This document shows, piece after piece, positions 35,904 through 49,299 of a stretch of 64,000 nucleotides of DNA. Origin of the DNA: Pirellulales bacterium (GTDB lineage: Bacteria > Planctomycetota > Planctomycetia > Pirellulales > JAEUIK01); contig JAIBBY010000019.1 of the NCBI GenBank assembly GCA_019694455.1, positions 16,501 to 80,500 of the forward strand. Direction: 5' to 3'. Each line of letters begins with the position of its first letter. The stretch's first letter is position 1. The translations under genes were made by a program, and so were the position numbers. The notes under the pieces are model-generated. The model was not told the origin of the DNA. It saw only the letters and a program-made list of their open reading frames with translations, and did no database searches.

Positions 35904-36953
35904 TCATGCCGGCGGCACGTATCCGTATGCAGTCGGCTGGCCGCTGATCATCAGGTAGGCGACCGCCATCGACAAGAAAAAGAAGGCATAGGCAAAGAGC
36001 GCCCCCACGCAGAGCGCGATGGCGCCGGCCATCACGAGCAGAATATTGACCAGAATCAGCGCAATGAGCGTGAGCCTGTTGATGCGCACCAACTCCCACG
36101 TGGCGCGCAGCGCCTCGATGGGCCCTAGATTACGATCGATGATCGTGTACGGCAGGATCGACGCAAAGGCGCCGAACACCATCATCGCCGGCGCCAACGC
36201 CACGGCGCCGACAATAAGCGCCACTGCGGGAATTGTGGCTTCATTGAACACCGCCAACGCAATGATGCCCGGCAACATGCACACCAGGACGAGGGGCACT
36301 ACGATCAACATCATGAGCAGCACGGCGCCGATCATGCTCAGCAAATAGCTCCCGCCGGCCAACAGGTCGGCGGCGGAGGCGGCGGCGCCACGAGCGGTTT
36401 TCAACAGGAAGATCGCGAGGCCCAACTGCAGCCACATGTTCACGAATTGCTGGACGAACGAAATCAGCGCGCTGAACAGGGCGCCGGCCGTTTCGCCAGC
36501 CAACTGCGCAACAACCATAACAAGGATCTGCGTCGCGATGCCAATCGCCATGCCGATCACGATCATCAACAAGGCCACTCCGATCAGCGACATGACATTC
36601 GGCTTGTAGATTTGCCAGGTGCGATTGAGGATCTCACCGGTCATTACGGCCCGCGGCCGCCAGACACCGGGCGCCGTACCGTAGTGCGGCTGCACACCTC
36701 CATAGGCGGCCGGAGCGGCATAGGGGTTCGTCGGGTCGGCGAAGGGACTGCCCTGCGGCAACTGAGCGGCAAAGGGGTTGGCGCCGGGCGATCTGGGTGG
36801 CGGACCGGCAAATGGGCTGCTGGCCGCTTGCGCCGTGCTCGCGGCGGGAATTGTTTGCACGTTCTCGCACTGCGGACAGCGTGATTGCTTGCCTCCGGCA
36901 TCGGCCGGCGCCCGCAACAATTTGCCGCACTTTTCGCAACGATAGTCGATCAT
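35904..36953 (-). CDS. zinc-ribbon membrane protein (N-terminal CxxC...CxxC, C-terminal polytopic domain)
   Basis: MIDYRCEKCGKLLRAPADAGGKQSRCPQCENV, followed by a Pro/Ala/Gly linker and about 6 TM helices. Start at the ATG at 36953; the ORF track starts at 37013. Confidence 0.6.
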   Translation of the reverse strand: MIDYRCEKCGKLLRAPADAGGKQSRCPQCENVQTIPAASTAQAASSPFAGPPPRSPGANPFAAQLPQGSPFADPTNPYAAPAAYGGVQPHYGTAPGVWRPRAVMTGEILNRTWQIYKPNVMSLIGVALLMIVIGMAIGIATQILVMVVAQLAGETAGALFSALISFVQQFVNMWLQLGLAIFLLKTARGAAASAADLLAGGSYLLSMIGAVLLMMLIVVPLVLVCMLPGIIALAVFNEATIPAVALIVGAVALAPAMMVFGAFASILPYTIIDRNLGPIEALRATWELVRINRLTLIALILVNILLVMAGAIALCVGALFAYAFFFLSMAVAYLMISGQPTAYGYVPPA

Positions 36954-37094
36954 AATACGGTGCCCTTCGATGGTCGGTCGGACTCCCACGCGCGAACTTG
37001 CCTGCGATCGCATCGCAACGACGCCAAAGCGTAGCAGATGGATCGAGGAACGGCCAAATCAGAATGGTGAGAAAACTGTGCGCCCTCAGGGGCA

Positions 37095-37601
37095 CTAGCC
37101 GCCCGCCATTTGGCCGCGAATCGCGGTGAGCAACTCGCGCAGGTTGCGCGGGTTTTGCCCCAAGTCTCCCTTGCCGACCCGCGATTGCGACTCGGCGGTG
37201 ATGCGACCACCTCCTCCCTGCCCTGTGGCGGGCGCGACGCGAACGGTGATGTCGTCCTTGAATCGCATGAGCGGTGTGGTGCGCACGAAGCGCAGTTCGA
37301 TCGCCTCGCCGTCCGGATTGCGTCCGGCCGCCTGCCAGCGCGGCAAGGTGGCGGCGGCGCGCTCGACCAAGTCGGCCGCCGCCGAGACGGTGAGCGCCGT
37401 GGCGATGGGGCGCAGCGATTCGTCGGCCGCATCGGCGGAGGTGGCCGCGTGGTTGGTCGTGAGATCGCGGCGCCAATCGTCGATATACATGGCCAATAGC
37501 ACAAAGATCGCCAGCAAGATGAGAACAACCGTTGTGGCGGCGGAGCTGAGCATGCTGCGACGTTTGGTTGGCGGCGGGGTAGTCATGGAACGACTCAACA
37601 C
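37095..37601 (-). CDS. DUF1499-like membrane-anchored protein
   Basis: N-terminal TM segment. MRFKDDITVRV...ESQSRVGKGDLGQNPRNLRELL resembles the DUF1499 pattern as I recall it. Confidence 0.55.
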   Translation of the reverse strand: MLSRSMTTPPPTKRRSMLSSAATTVVLILLAIFVLLAMYIDDWRRDLTTNHAATSADAADESLRPIATALTVSAAADLVERAAATLPRWQAAGRNPDGEAIELRFVRTTPLMRFKDDITVRVAPATGQGGGGRITAESQSRVGKGDLGQNPRNLRELLTAIRGQMAGG

Positions 37602-37611
37602 ATGTGGACCG

Positions 37612-39246
37612 CTAGAATCTGGCGCTTGGCAAGGCTACGTCTGCCCGCGCCCAGGACTTGTCGAACTGTTTTCGCGCTTGGGACGCTTCGTCGGGTTTGC
37701 CAGCGGCGGCGAGGCTATCGGCCAATCCCGAGAGCGACCAGCCATTGTGCGGGTAGCGCTTGAGGTCTTGCTGAAACGCCTCGGCGGCTTCGGCCGGTCG
37801 GCCGGCCGCAATCAGCACCGCTCCCAGGTTTTGCCGCACCGGCAAGTGCCAGGTTGCTGGCTCGTCGTAACGAAGCGCGTCTTCTAGCGCGACGGCGGCC
37901 TGCAGCTCGCCAATCGCCTCGTCGTAGCGCTGTTCGGCGGCGGCCAACTCGCCCGCCACCACCTTGGCCGCGATCTGCAGCAAGGCGCCAGTCGTGTTGG
38001 CATCCCAGATCTTGAGGTTGGCCAGATCGGGGTCGGCGGCCAGTTCGCGCAGCTTGGTCAACTCGACGCGGGCGCCGTCCAAATCGCCGCTACGCAACAA
38101 GGCCATCGCGCGGGCGTAGTGCCAAACGCCGCGGGGATACTTCAAATCGGCGGCCGGTTGTTCGGTGGCCAAAATGTCGTCCCACTTGCCGAACCGCACC
38201 TGCACATACAACGGCCAGATCCAATAGTGCTGGAGGCTGGCCATCCCCTCTTCGCGCATCAGCTTGTGGTCTTGCCGCTTTGACATGTGCATCGCCGCTT
38301 CCAACGCTTGCCGGCTACGCCCCTCCATGGTAGCCGCGGCGGACAAGAAGTGGTGATTGTGCGCCGCGTACGCCAACGGATAGAGCCCCTGGGCGTGACA
38401 CTGGGCAATGTATTCGTCGTCGGCGTCGATCGCCTTTTCGTTGGCAATGGTGGCGTCTTGATAGCGCCCCACTCGGATGTAGATATGCGACGGCATATGC
38501 ACCAGATGCCCGGCGGCTGGCGCCAAAGTCGCCAACCGCTGGGCGGCGGCCAATGCTCGTTCGGGCGTGGGAGAGGCCTCGACCGCATGAATGTACAGAT
38601 GATTGGCGCCGGGATGATTGGGATCGCGCCGGAGCACCGACTCGATCAGCGCCACGAACTCGCTGGTCCAGGGTTGAGGCTCGCCCGCGTCGGTCCAGTA
38701 GTCCCAAGGGTGCAGATCCATGAGCGCCTCGGCCAAGAGCGTGGCCGCGTCGAGATCGTCGGGATATTGCTCAACGAGGCGGCGCATCGCGTCGGCGTAG
38801 GCCTGGTTGAGCTCGGCGCGATCCTCGACAGGTTCGGGTCCGTAGCGCTTGGAGAGCGCATCGAGATAGGCGCGTTCGCGCGGGCTGGCATGATCGGCCA
38901 GCGCCAAGCCTTTATGCAGCGCCTCGTGAGCGCGGGGCACGGCGTCGGGCATCATCGGGGCGTTGATATTGGGCCCTAGCACCAGCGCCACGCCCCACCA
39001 CGCCATTGCGCACTGTGGATCGCGCTGGGTCACCTCGCGGAAGGAGCGCTCCGCTTCGGCATGATTGAAGGCGTACGAGAGCATCAACCCCTGGTCGAAA
39101 TATCGCTGCGCGACCGGGTCTTGGGTGGTGACGGGATGCGAGTGTTTGCCTAGGCCGTCCAAGAGCGGCGCCGAACGGGTTTCTTCATCGGCGGCCAGAG
39201 TGGGCAGACAGCACAGGCCGCAGGCTAATGCAATAAGGCAACGCAT
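37612..39246 (-). CDS. secreted TPR-repeat protein
   Basis: Signal peptide MRCLIALACGLCCLPTLAADEE from the internal ATG at 39246. Repeated TPR-like helices follow (AxxxYxxAL...). Confidence 0.65.
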   Translation of the reverse strand: MRCLIALACGLCCLPTLAADEETRSAPLLDGLGKHSHPVTTQDPVAQRYFDQGLMLSYAFNHAEAERSFREVTQRDPQCAMAWWGVALVLGPNINAPMMPDAVPRAHEALHKGLALADHASPRERAYLDALSKRYGPEPVEDRAELNQAYADAMRRLVEQYPDDLDAATLLAEALMDLHPWDYWTDAGEPQPWTSEFVALIESVLRRDPNHPGANHLYIHAVEASPTPERALAAAQRLATLAPAAGHLVHMPSHIYIRVGRYQDATIANEKAIDADDEYIAQCHAQGLYPLAYAAHNHHFLSAAATMEGRSRQALEAAMHMSKRQDHKLMREEGMASLQHYWIWPLYVQVRFGKWDDILATEQPAADLKYPRGVWHYARAMALLRSGDLDGARVELTKLRELAADPDLANLKIWDANTTGALLQIAAKVVAGELAAAEQRYDEAIGELQAAVALEDALRYDEPATWHLPVRQNLGAVLIAAGRPAEAAEAFQQDLKRYPHNGWSLSGLADSLAAAGKPDEASQARKQFDKSWARADVALPSARF

Positions 39247-39332
39247 GATCGGACCCTCGTTTTGCTCATTCCCCCCGCTGGCGCGCCTTAGCGTACGGCG
39301 CTCGCGCGAGGGGTGCAACGAGGTGGCGCAAT

Positions 39333-40421
39333 TTAGGGGCGAGCAATGCCGCCCAGCGCCGGCAGCCAGGTGAACATGTAATAGGCGCGCGGCGAAGTCA
39401 GATCGAGCAGTTGCGAGAGGCCCAGGCCGGTCAGCGACGACCGAGCCTGAGCGTCGGGGCCCATGAGCAGTTGCTCGAACAGCCCCAGTTGCGGTTTGAG
39501 CTCCACAACTTTGGTCTTTTTCTTATCGAGCTTGGCCAACTCCAGCGCGCGCTCGATGGCCTCCTCGATGTAGCCAATTTCGTCGACCAAGCCATGCTCT
39601 TTCGCCTGTTTGGCCGTGTAGACCTGGCCCGTGGCGACCGCATCGAGTTGGTCTGGATGCTCAGCAAAGCGGGGCCTGCCCGATTTGACCACCTCCTTGA
39701 ATTGGTCAAAGCCGTCATCGACTAGACCTTGCAACAGGGCGCGTTCTTCTTCGGTCATTGGCTTGGTGACGCTGCCAATCGCCTTGAGCCGATGGCTCTT
39801 GATCGAGTCCTCGCTCACCTTGTATTCGGAGAGGAGTCCGGAGAAATCGTAGTGCGGAATGATCACGCCAATCGAGCCGGTCCAGGTTGAGGGCTCGGCA
39901 AAGATGGTTCCGGGCGTGTCGCCCACCGCCATCGAGATGTAGTATCCGCCGCTGGCCGCGATGCCTCCCATGCTGACGACGATCGGAATCTCGCGCTCTT
40001 TGGCCAGCTCGCTGAGGTGATGATAAATGTAGTCGCTAGCGCTGACCGTGCCGCCGGGCGAATCGACTCGCAGCACCACCGCTTTGATGTGCTTGTCGTC
40101 CTTGGCGGCGTCGATGGCCCGTTTGGTCGAGTCGCCATCCATGATCGGACCCGCGACTTCGATGATCGCCACTTTGTCACGCCCAAAGCGCGCGAGCGAA
40201 TGATACTTTTGTGTGACCTGCGAGTCGGATGAGGTGAAGCTCTCCGACGAACTGAGCGCGAAGTTAAGCAGTAGCGACAACACGAGTCCGGCGCCGAGAA
40301 TCAGCGCCAGGCAGCCATAACTGCGCCGCGGCGGGCGCGGCGGCGGAGGGGCCGGGCGCTCGGGGACCATCGTTGGTACGACGATTTCTGATGGTGGCAC
40401 GGGCTGTGGTTGCGGGTCCAT
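39333..40421 (-). CDS. sppA: signal peptide peptidase SppA (36K type, S49 family)
   Basis: N-terminal anchor, VVLRVDSPGGTVSAS, and nucleophile region GGIAASGGYYISMA. Confidence 0.85.
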   Translation of the reverse strand: MDPQPQPVPPSEIVVPTMVPERPAPPPPRPPRRSYGCLALILGAGLVLSLLLNFALSSSESFTSSDSQVTQKYHSLARFGRDKVAIIEVAGPIMDGDSTKRAIDAAKDDKHIKAVVLRVDSPGGTVSASDYIYHHLSELAKEREIPIVVSMGGIAASGGYYISMAVGDTPGTIFAEPSTWTGSIGVIIPHYDFSGLLSEYKVSEDSIKSHRLKAIGSVTKPMTEEERALLQGLVDDGFDQFKEVVKSGRPRFAEHPDQLDAVATGQVYTAKQAKEHGLVDEIGYIEEAIERALELAKLDKKKTKVVELKPQLGLFEQLLMGPDAQARSSLTGLGLSQLLDLTSPRAYYMFTWLPALGGIARP

Positions 40422-40540
40422 GGCGCTCTCTGGCGGTTACTGGCCTGGAAGTCGGCGACGCGGACAGGGCCGCGACCATTGCGGAATTGTAGGGCCACGG
40501 CGGGCTTGGGAAAACGCATGCGCAGCGCGCATCCCCACGG

Positions 40541-40867
40541 TTACGCCGCCTCGGGCTTGCCCTTCTTCGGCTTGGAATCGCTGCTCTTGGCGCCGCTGGG
40601 CTTGGACTCGGACGATTTGGCGTCGCCAGACGATTTGCTCTCGGACGCGCTCTTGTCCGCCGCCGCTTGTTTCTTATACGAGTCGCTGCGGTAGTCGGTT
40701 TTGTAGAAGCCCGAGCCTTTAAAAACGATCGCGGCGCCGGGGCCGATCAAGCGACGGAGTTTCTTCTTCTTGCATTCGGGGCACTTGGTTTCGGCATCGG
40801 CGGTGATCGATTGAAACAGCTCGAACTGATGGCCGCAGGCGTCGCACTTGTAATCGTATGTGGGCAT
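40541..40867 (-). CDS. FmdB-family zinc-ribbon protein
   Basis: MPTYDYKCDACGHQFELFQSI...KCPECK (CxxC...CxxC) with a low-complexity Ser/Lys tail. Confidence 0.8.
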   Translation of the reverse strand: MPTYDYKCDACGHQFELFQSITADAETKCPECKKKKLRRLIGPGAAIVFKGSGFYKTDYRSDSYKKQAAADKSASESKSSGDAKSSESKPSGAKSSDSKPKKGKPEAA

Positions 40868-40905
40868 CTGGCGATTCCCCCAGAAAGTCTGGCGAGGCTA
40901 GTGGA

Positions 40906-41427
40906 TTATGGCGATTTCGAGACGATAACCTGAGTGGGCCGCACCACGCGATCGTGCAGTTTGTACCCTTCTTGCGCCACGCCGACCACGGTGTTCTCGT
41001 CATGTTCGGTCGTGGGCTGCTGCAAAATGGCCTGGTGCAAATGCGGATCGAACGGCTGGTGCAGCGCTTCGATGCGTCGGCAACCAAAGCGGGCAAGCGC
41101 GTCTTCTAGCTGCTTACCGATCATTTGCACGCCGGTCAGCAGGCCTTGCACATCGTGGGTCTTTTCGGCGGACTCCACGGCGCGACTAATGTTGTCGAGC
41201 ACCGGCAGCAGATCTTTGAGCAGCGGCATGTTGGCGTAACGGCGCTCGTCGTCCATCTCGCGCTGGGCGCGTTTACGGTAGTTCTCCAGGTCGGCCTGCG
41301 CGCGCAATGCGCGGTTGGTCGCTTCGGTCAGGTCGTCGCGCAATTGATTCAAATCGTCGGCGCTGGACAGTTCGTTTTCGGCCTCGTTGTTCGGCCGGGA
41401 TGGATCCTGGGGTTGAGCATCAGCCAC
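40906..41427 (-). CDS. grpE: nucleotide exchange factor GrpE
   Basis: LRAQADLENYRKRAQRE and the C-terminal GYKLHDRVVRPTQV motif. Confidence 0.9.
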   Translation of the reverse strand: MADAQPQDPSRPNNEAENELSSADDLNQLRDDLTEATNRALRAQADLENYRKRAQREMDDERRYANMPLLKDLLPVLDNISRAVESAEKTHDVQGLLTGVQMIGKQLEDALARFGCRRIEALHQPFDPHLHQAILQQPTTEHDENTVVGVAQEGYKLHDRVVRPTQVIVSKSP

Positions 41428-41429
41428 GG

Positions 41430-42590
41430 TTAGTTCTCCTGGCGGTCGGCTTCGTCGCTCACGAAGTATTCGCGCAACCGCTCCATGAAAGTTTTACGGT
41501 GGGCACTCACGTTCGTTTGTTCTTCGTCGGCCAACTCGCGGAGCAGCTCTTCCTGACGCTCGGTGAGCTTCTTCGGAACCTCGAGATGCACCTGCACCAG
41601 CAAGTCGCCGACGCCGCGGTGACGGCTGGGGTCGGGCATGCCGCGCCCGCGCAGCTTGAACACTTCGGCCGGCTGCGTGCCGGGTGGGATTGTCAGTTCT
41701 TCGCGGCCGTCGAGCGTGGGCACCTCAATCTCGGCGCCAAGCGCGGCCTGGGCGTACGTGATCGGCACGCGCAGAATCAAGTGCTGCCCTTCGCGCTGAA
41801 ACAGCGAGTGCTCGCGCACCTGGATGACGCAATAGCAGTCGCCGCGCGGTCCGCCCTGCGGGCTGGGCTCGCCTTCGCCCTCCAAGCGCAGCCGGGTATC
41901 GCTGTCGACCCCCGCCGGGATGCGCACCTCGCGTTTGACGCGGCCGGCGCGAAAACCGGCGCCACGACACTCTCGACACGGGTTTTTGATCATCACCCCG
42001 GCGCCCTGACAAGAAGGGCATGTGGTTTGAATGCGAAACACGCCGCTCGACTGCAACACCTGGCCGCGTCCGCCGCAATAAGCGCACGGCTCCGGCTTGG
42101 AGCCGCGCTGACAGCCAGAACCGCTGCACTCCTCGCATGCTTCGTGGCGGTCGAACTCGATGATTTTGGTGACGCCACGCGCCGCTTCCAAAAGATCGAG
42201 CGTGACCCGGCAATGCACGTCGGCGCCGCGTCGGGCGCGGCCGCGACGTCCGCTCCGGCCAAACACGTCTCCAAAAGCGCTGTCGCCAAAGATGTCGCCA
42301 AAGGCCTCGAAGATGTCGTTGATGTCGCCAAAGTGTCCCGCGCCATGCTGGGCGTCGACGCCAGCATGGCCATAGCGGTCGTAGCGGGCGCGCTTTTCGC
42401 GATCGTTGAGAATCTCGAAAGCCTCGGCGCACTCCTTGAAGCGCGCAACCGCCTCTTCGTCCCCCGGATTGCGATCGGGATGGTACTTGAGCGCGAGTTT
42501 CCGATAGCTATCGGAAATCTCTTTCGCCGAGGAGGTGCGGACTACGCCCAGCACCTCGTAGTAACAACGCTTTGTGGCCATGGGCTCCAT
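41430..42590 (-). CDS. dnaJ: molecular chaperone DnaJ
   Basis: J domain YYEVLGV...KYHPDRNPG. Four CxxCxGxG zinc-finger repeats (CEECSGSG, CAYCGGRG, CPSCQGAG, CRECRGAG). The true start may be the ATG at 42581. Confidence 0.95.
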   Translation of the reverse strand: MEPMATKRCYYEVLGVVRTSSAKEISDSYRKLALKYHPDRNPGDEEAVARFKECAEAFEILNDREKRARYDRYGHAGVDAQHGAGHFGDINDIFEAFGDIFGDSAFGDVFGRSGRRGRARRGADVHCRVTLDLLEAARGVTKIIEFDRHEACEECSGSGCQRGSKPEPCAYCGGRGQVLQSSGVFRIQTTCPSCQGAGVMIKNPCRECRGAGFRAGRVKREVRIPAGVDSDTRLRLEGEGEPSPQGGPRGDCYCVIQVREHSLFQREGQHLILRVPITYAQAALGAEIEVPTLDGREELTIPPGTQPAEVFKLRGRGMPDPSRHRGVGDLLVQVHLEVPKKLTERQEELLRELADEEQTNVSAHRKTFMERLREYFVSDEADRQEN

Positions 42591-42693
42591 AATGGCGACT
42601 GGCGAGATCGATCCTGCTCAAGGAATTATAAGCCACGGCTCCATTTGGCCAGCCGGGGGGATTCGGGACGCAAATTGACGCGTGGGACTGGCA

Positions 42694-42728
42694 AAACGGG
42701 CCACTTCGACTAGCGAAGCGGCCCGTTT
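42694..42728 (-). terminator. hairpin terminator candidate downstream of groEL copy 2
   Basis: aaacgggccacttcg-actag-cgaagcggcccgttt forms a stem of about 15 bp with one mismatch, 28 nt after the groEL stop. On the minus strand it ends in GTTTTG. Confidence 0.5.
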
Positions 42729-42755
42729 GCTGTTTGCCATCGGTCTACCGGCGAG

Positions 42756-44375
<1,620 letters not shown>

Positions 44376-44432
44376 GTTTGCGGCTCCTTACAGGTTCGCT
44401 ATTTGGTTATGCGTGGGTCGCAGCCGATTCGA

Positions 44433-44738
44433 CTAGCTGACGACCTTGGCCAGAATGTCGGACTCGCGGAGGATCTTGACGTCGCGGCCACTGACTTCGA
44501 TGTCGGTGCCCGAGTACTTGCCAAAGATCACCTCGTCTCCCACCGCAACAGACAACGCTCCGCGGTCACCGCTATCGAGCACCTTGCCGGGACCTGTCGC
44601 CAGGACCATGCCACGCTGGGGACGCTCTTTGGCCGAGTCGGGCAGCACGATGCCGCCGGCGGTCATCTCTTCAGCTTCGAGCGGTTCGACAACGACGCGG
44701 TCGTCCAGGGGGCGGATATTGATGTTGTTTTTGGCCAT
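44433..44738 (-). CDS. groES: co-chaperonin GroES
   Basis: [38 protein letters not shown]. Start at the ATG at 44738; the ORF track starts at 44771. Confidence 0.95.
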   Translation of the reverse strand: MAKNNINIRPLDDRVVVEPLEAEEMTAGGIVLPDSAKERPQRGMVLATGPGKVLDSGDRGALSVAVGDEVIFGKYSGTDIEVSGRDVKILRESDILAKVVS

Positions 44739-44821
44739 CGATGATTTGTCCTTCTGTCTGTTTATCTGCAAGTGAATTCAATAGTCGCATGTATCAAACG
44801 GCTGCTTGAAACCAGGGGCGA

Positions 44822-46516
<1,695 letters not shown>

Positions 46517-46771
46517 AGTGATTTCTCCTCGAAATGCCTATGCGGTCGTAATGGCAATGTTTGTGTGTGATGTAGGCGGCGATTGCTCGCGCCGCATGTC
46601 TAGAACGCGAGCGCCACAAATGGCAGCCAACGCGCCGGGTGTGTACAGATAGCAAGCTCGATGCCGTTGACGCATCACAAGCCACAAGCATTTGTCGCTA
46701 AATGACTTGCTGCCTGACACCGAGGCAACACGGCAATTGCGGCACAATCCGCCAAATTGGCAGGCACACCA

Positions 46772-47830
46772 TTACGGCGTGATATCCACGTCCGCCGACA
46801 CGCCAACCAGAAACTGCGCCAACAGCTCCGCGGCATGGTCGATGTCGTCCAGGGAAATCGTCTCCACCGGGCTGTGCATGTAGCGATTTGGAATGCTTAC
46901 CAGACCGGTGGCGACGCCCGCGCGATTGATTTGAATGGGGTTCGCGTCGGTGCCGGTGGGGCGGCTCGCGGCGGCCAATTGAAACGGAATGGAGGCGGCG
47001 CCCGCCACATCGATCAAGCGATCGACAATGCGCGGATTCATGTTGGGCCCGCGATAAATCACCGGTCCCTTGCCCAGCGCCACGTCTCCCTCTTGCTTTT
47101 TGTCGATGGTGGGGCAATCGGTGGCGTGGGTCACGTCGATGGCGATGCCGATCTGCGGATCAATACCATAGGCGCTAGTTTGCGCGCCGCGGAGACCAAT
47201 TTCTTCCTGCACGGTCGAAACCGCATAGGCGGCGCAGTTCAACTTGTGCTTGCCCGCGCGGCGCAGCGCCTCTATTGCCACCCAGAGCCCCACTTTGTTG
47301 TCCATTCCGGGCGCGTAGGAAAGGTTGTTGCGCAGTTCGCGATAGCCGAGATCGAGAGTCACGGGGTCCCCTACTCGGATCAACTCACTCGCCTCGGCGC
47401 GATCTTTGGCTCCGATGTCGATCCAAAGGTCCTTGAGCTTGACGACCTGCTTGCGCTCCTCTTCGGTGAGCAGGTGAATCGCCTTTCGCGAGATGACGCC
47501 CGGCACAGGTCCTTTGGCGGTCCACACGGTCATCCTCTGCCCCACTAGCATCTGCGGATCCCAGCCACCAATTGGCTGCACCCATAGATACCCCTGTTCG
47601 TCAATGTGCTGCACTAAAAGCCCGATCTGATCGCAGTGGCCAGCCAGCATCACCCGTAGGCCGGCGGCGGGGTTTTTCACGGCAATCACGTTGCCGTGCA
47701 GATCGGTGCGCACTTCGTCGGCAAAGTCGCCAACGTACTGGCGAACCAAGTCTTGCACCGGCCGCTCATAACCCGAGGGGCTGGGCGTTTCCAGGATGCG
47801 CTTCAAGAAATCCTTGGCCGCAATGTCCAT
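46772..47830 (-). CDS. M42-family metallopeptidase (FrvX/glutamyl aminopeptidase-like)
   Basis: LKRILETPSPSGYERPV, MLAGHCDQIG, PGMDNKVG and VQEEIGLRGA are M42 signatures. Confidence 0.85.
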   Translation of the reverse strand: MDIAAKDFLKRILETPSPSGYERPVQDLVRQYVGDFADEVRTDLHGNVIAVKNPAAGLRVMLAGHCDQIGLLVQHIDEQGYLWVQPIGGWDPQMLVGQRMTVWTAKGPVPGVISRKAIHLLTEEERKQVVKLKDLWIDIGAKDRAEASELIRVGDPVTLDLGYRELRNNLSYAPGMDNKVGLWVAIEALRRAGKHKLNCAAYAVSTVQEEIGLRGAQTSAYGIDPQIGIAIDVTHATDCPTIDKKQEGDVALGKGPVIYRGPNMNPRIVDRLIDVAGAASIPFQLAAASRPTGTDANPIQINRAGVATGLVSIPNRYMHSPVETISLDDIDHAAELLAQFLVGVSADVDITP

Positions 47831-47998
47831 ATTTGCTCTCGCTCGAAGTTCCTGTTGTGGAGCGCATCAGGCTAACGCCCCAGAGCGCCCGGCCGCAAGG
47901 TCGGGACTGGTGAAGCGCGGCCCGCTTCGATTAAGCTAATTCGTCTTTCAGTCGCTACTTAGGATCGGCGGGCATGTACCCGCCATGAGAATCGCGGA

Positions 47999-49297
47999 AT
48001 GGAAAAAACCAAGGTTGCCATTGTGGGCATGGGCACCGTCGGCACGGGCGTCGCGCGCTTGCTGCTGGACTATGGCGACCGCACCGCGCGCCACGCGGGA
48101 CGCACTCTCTGGCTGGAGAAGGTGGTCGTTAGCGATGTCAACAAGCCGCGCGACATCGATTTGCCACAGGGTTTGCTGACCGCTGACCTGGAACAGGTGA
48201 CCAAAAACCGCGAGATCAGCGTGGTCGCCCACTTGGTCGGCGGCCTGGAACCTGCCCGCAGCATCATGCTCAAGCTGCTTGAGAGCGGCAAAGACGTCGT
48301 CACCGCCAACAAAGCGCTATTGGCGGAGTATGGGCCAGAGCTGTTCGATCGAGCCCGAGAATTGGGGCGCACCATTTCATTCGAAGCGGCTGTGGCCGGC
48401 GGCATCCCGATCATCGCCAATATCAGTCAATGTCTGACCGCCAATCAGATCACGCAACTCGACGCCATTCTCAACGGCACCAGCAACTTCATCCTCACCC
48501 ACATGGAAGAGCGCGGCTGGAGCTATGCGCAAGCGCTCGCCGAGGCACAGCGACTGGGCTACGCCGAGGCCGATCCCACGATGGATGTCGACGGCACCGA
48601 CACCGCGCAAAAGCTGGCCATCCTGGCGCACCTGGCCTTTGGCGCTCGCGTGCGCTGGAGCGAAATTCCGCGTATCGGCATCGACAAACTCAACTTGGCC
48701 GACATGAGCTATGCCAAGGAACTAGGCTACCGAATCAAGTTGTTGGCCATAGCGCAGCTTGTGCCGGAAGGGTTGGAACTGCACGTTTCGCCCACCTTGG
48801 TGCGGATGGGAACGCCACTGGCGGAAGTGCGCGGCGCGTACAACGCCATCCGCGTGGTGGGCGACGCCGTGGGGCCGGTATTCTTTCATGGGCTTGGCGC
48901 CGGGCAGATGCCTACCGCGTCGGCCGTGGCGGCCGACCTGATCGATACGGTCGTCGGCCGGGCGGCGCTGACCTTTCGCATCTTGCAACTTTGGAGCGAC
49001 CGCTTCGCCAAGGCGCCGGCGCGCGATCACGCCAAAGTGCCGGGGCGTTTTTATCTGCGCTTTGATGTTGAGGATCGGCCGGGTGTGATGGCTGATATCA
49101 CAGGAGTTCTGGGGCGGCACGGCGTTTCGATCGCGTCGGTGATTCAACATGAACAAAGCGACCAAATGGCGGGTATCGTGCCGCTGGTCATTATGACGCA
49201 CCAGACGACGGAAGGCGCGTCGCGCGAGGCCAGCGCCGAGATCGATCGCCTATCATGCGTGCGCGCCGGCAGTGTGCGTCTGCGAGTGAAGGACTAA
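47999..49297 (+). CDS. hom: homoserine dehydrogenase (with C-terminal ACT domain)
   Basis: VAIVGMGTVGTGVARLL NAD-binding site, the ILNGTSNFIL motif, and the C-terminal ACT-like segment RFYLRFDVEDRPGVMADITGVLGRHGVSIASV. Confidence 0.9.
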   Translation: MEKTKVAIVGMGTVGTGVARLLLDYGDRTARHAGRTLWLEKVVVSDVNKPRDIDLPQGLLTADLEQVTKNREISVVAHLVGGLEPARSIMLKLLESGKDVVTANKALLAEYGPELFDRARELGRTISFEAAVAGGIPIIANISQCLTANQITQLDAILNGTSNFILTHMEERGWSYAQALAEAQRLGYAEADPTMDVDGTDTAQKLAILAHLAFGARVRWSEIPRIGIDKLNLADMSYAKELGYRIKLLAIAQLVPEGLELHVSPTLVRMGTPLAEVRGAYNAIRVVGDAVGPVFFHGLGAGQMPTASAVAADLIDTVVGRAALTFRILQLWSDRFAKAPARDHAKVPGRFYLRFDVEDRPGVMADITGVLGRHGVSIASVIQHEQSDQMAGIVPLVIMTHQTTEGASREASAEIDRLSCVRAGSVRLRVKD

Positions 49298-49299
49298 CC

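Noticed and set aside
47967-47984. Hairpin GGCGGG-catgta-CCCGCC 15 nt upstream of the hom start codon.
   Set aside because: It has only a 6-bp stem and no associated leader peptide or T-box/attenuator features that I could see. It is too weak to call a regulatory element.
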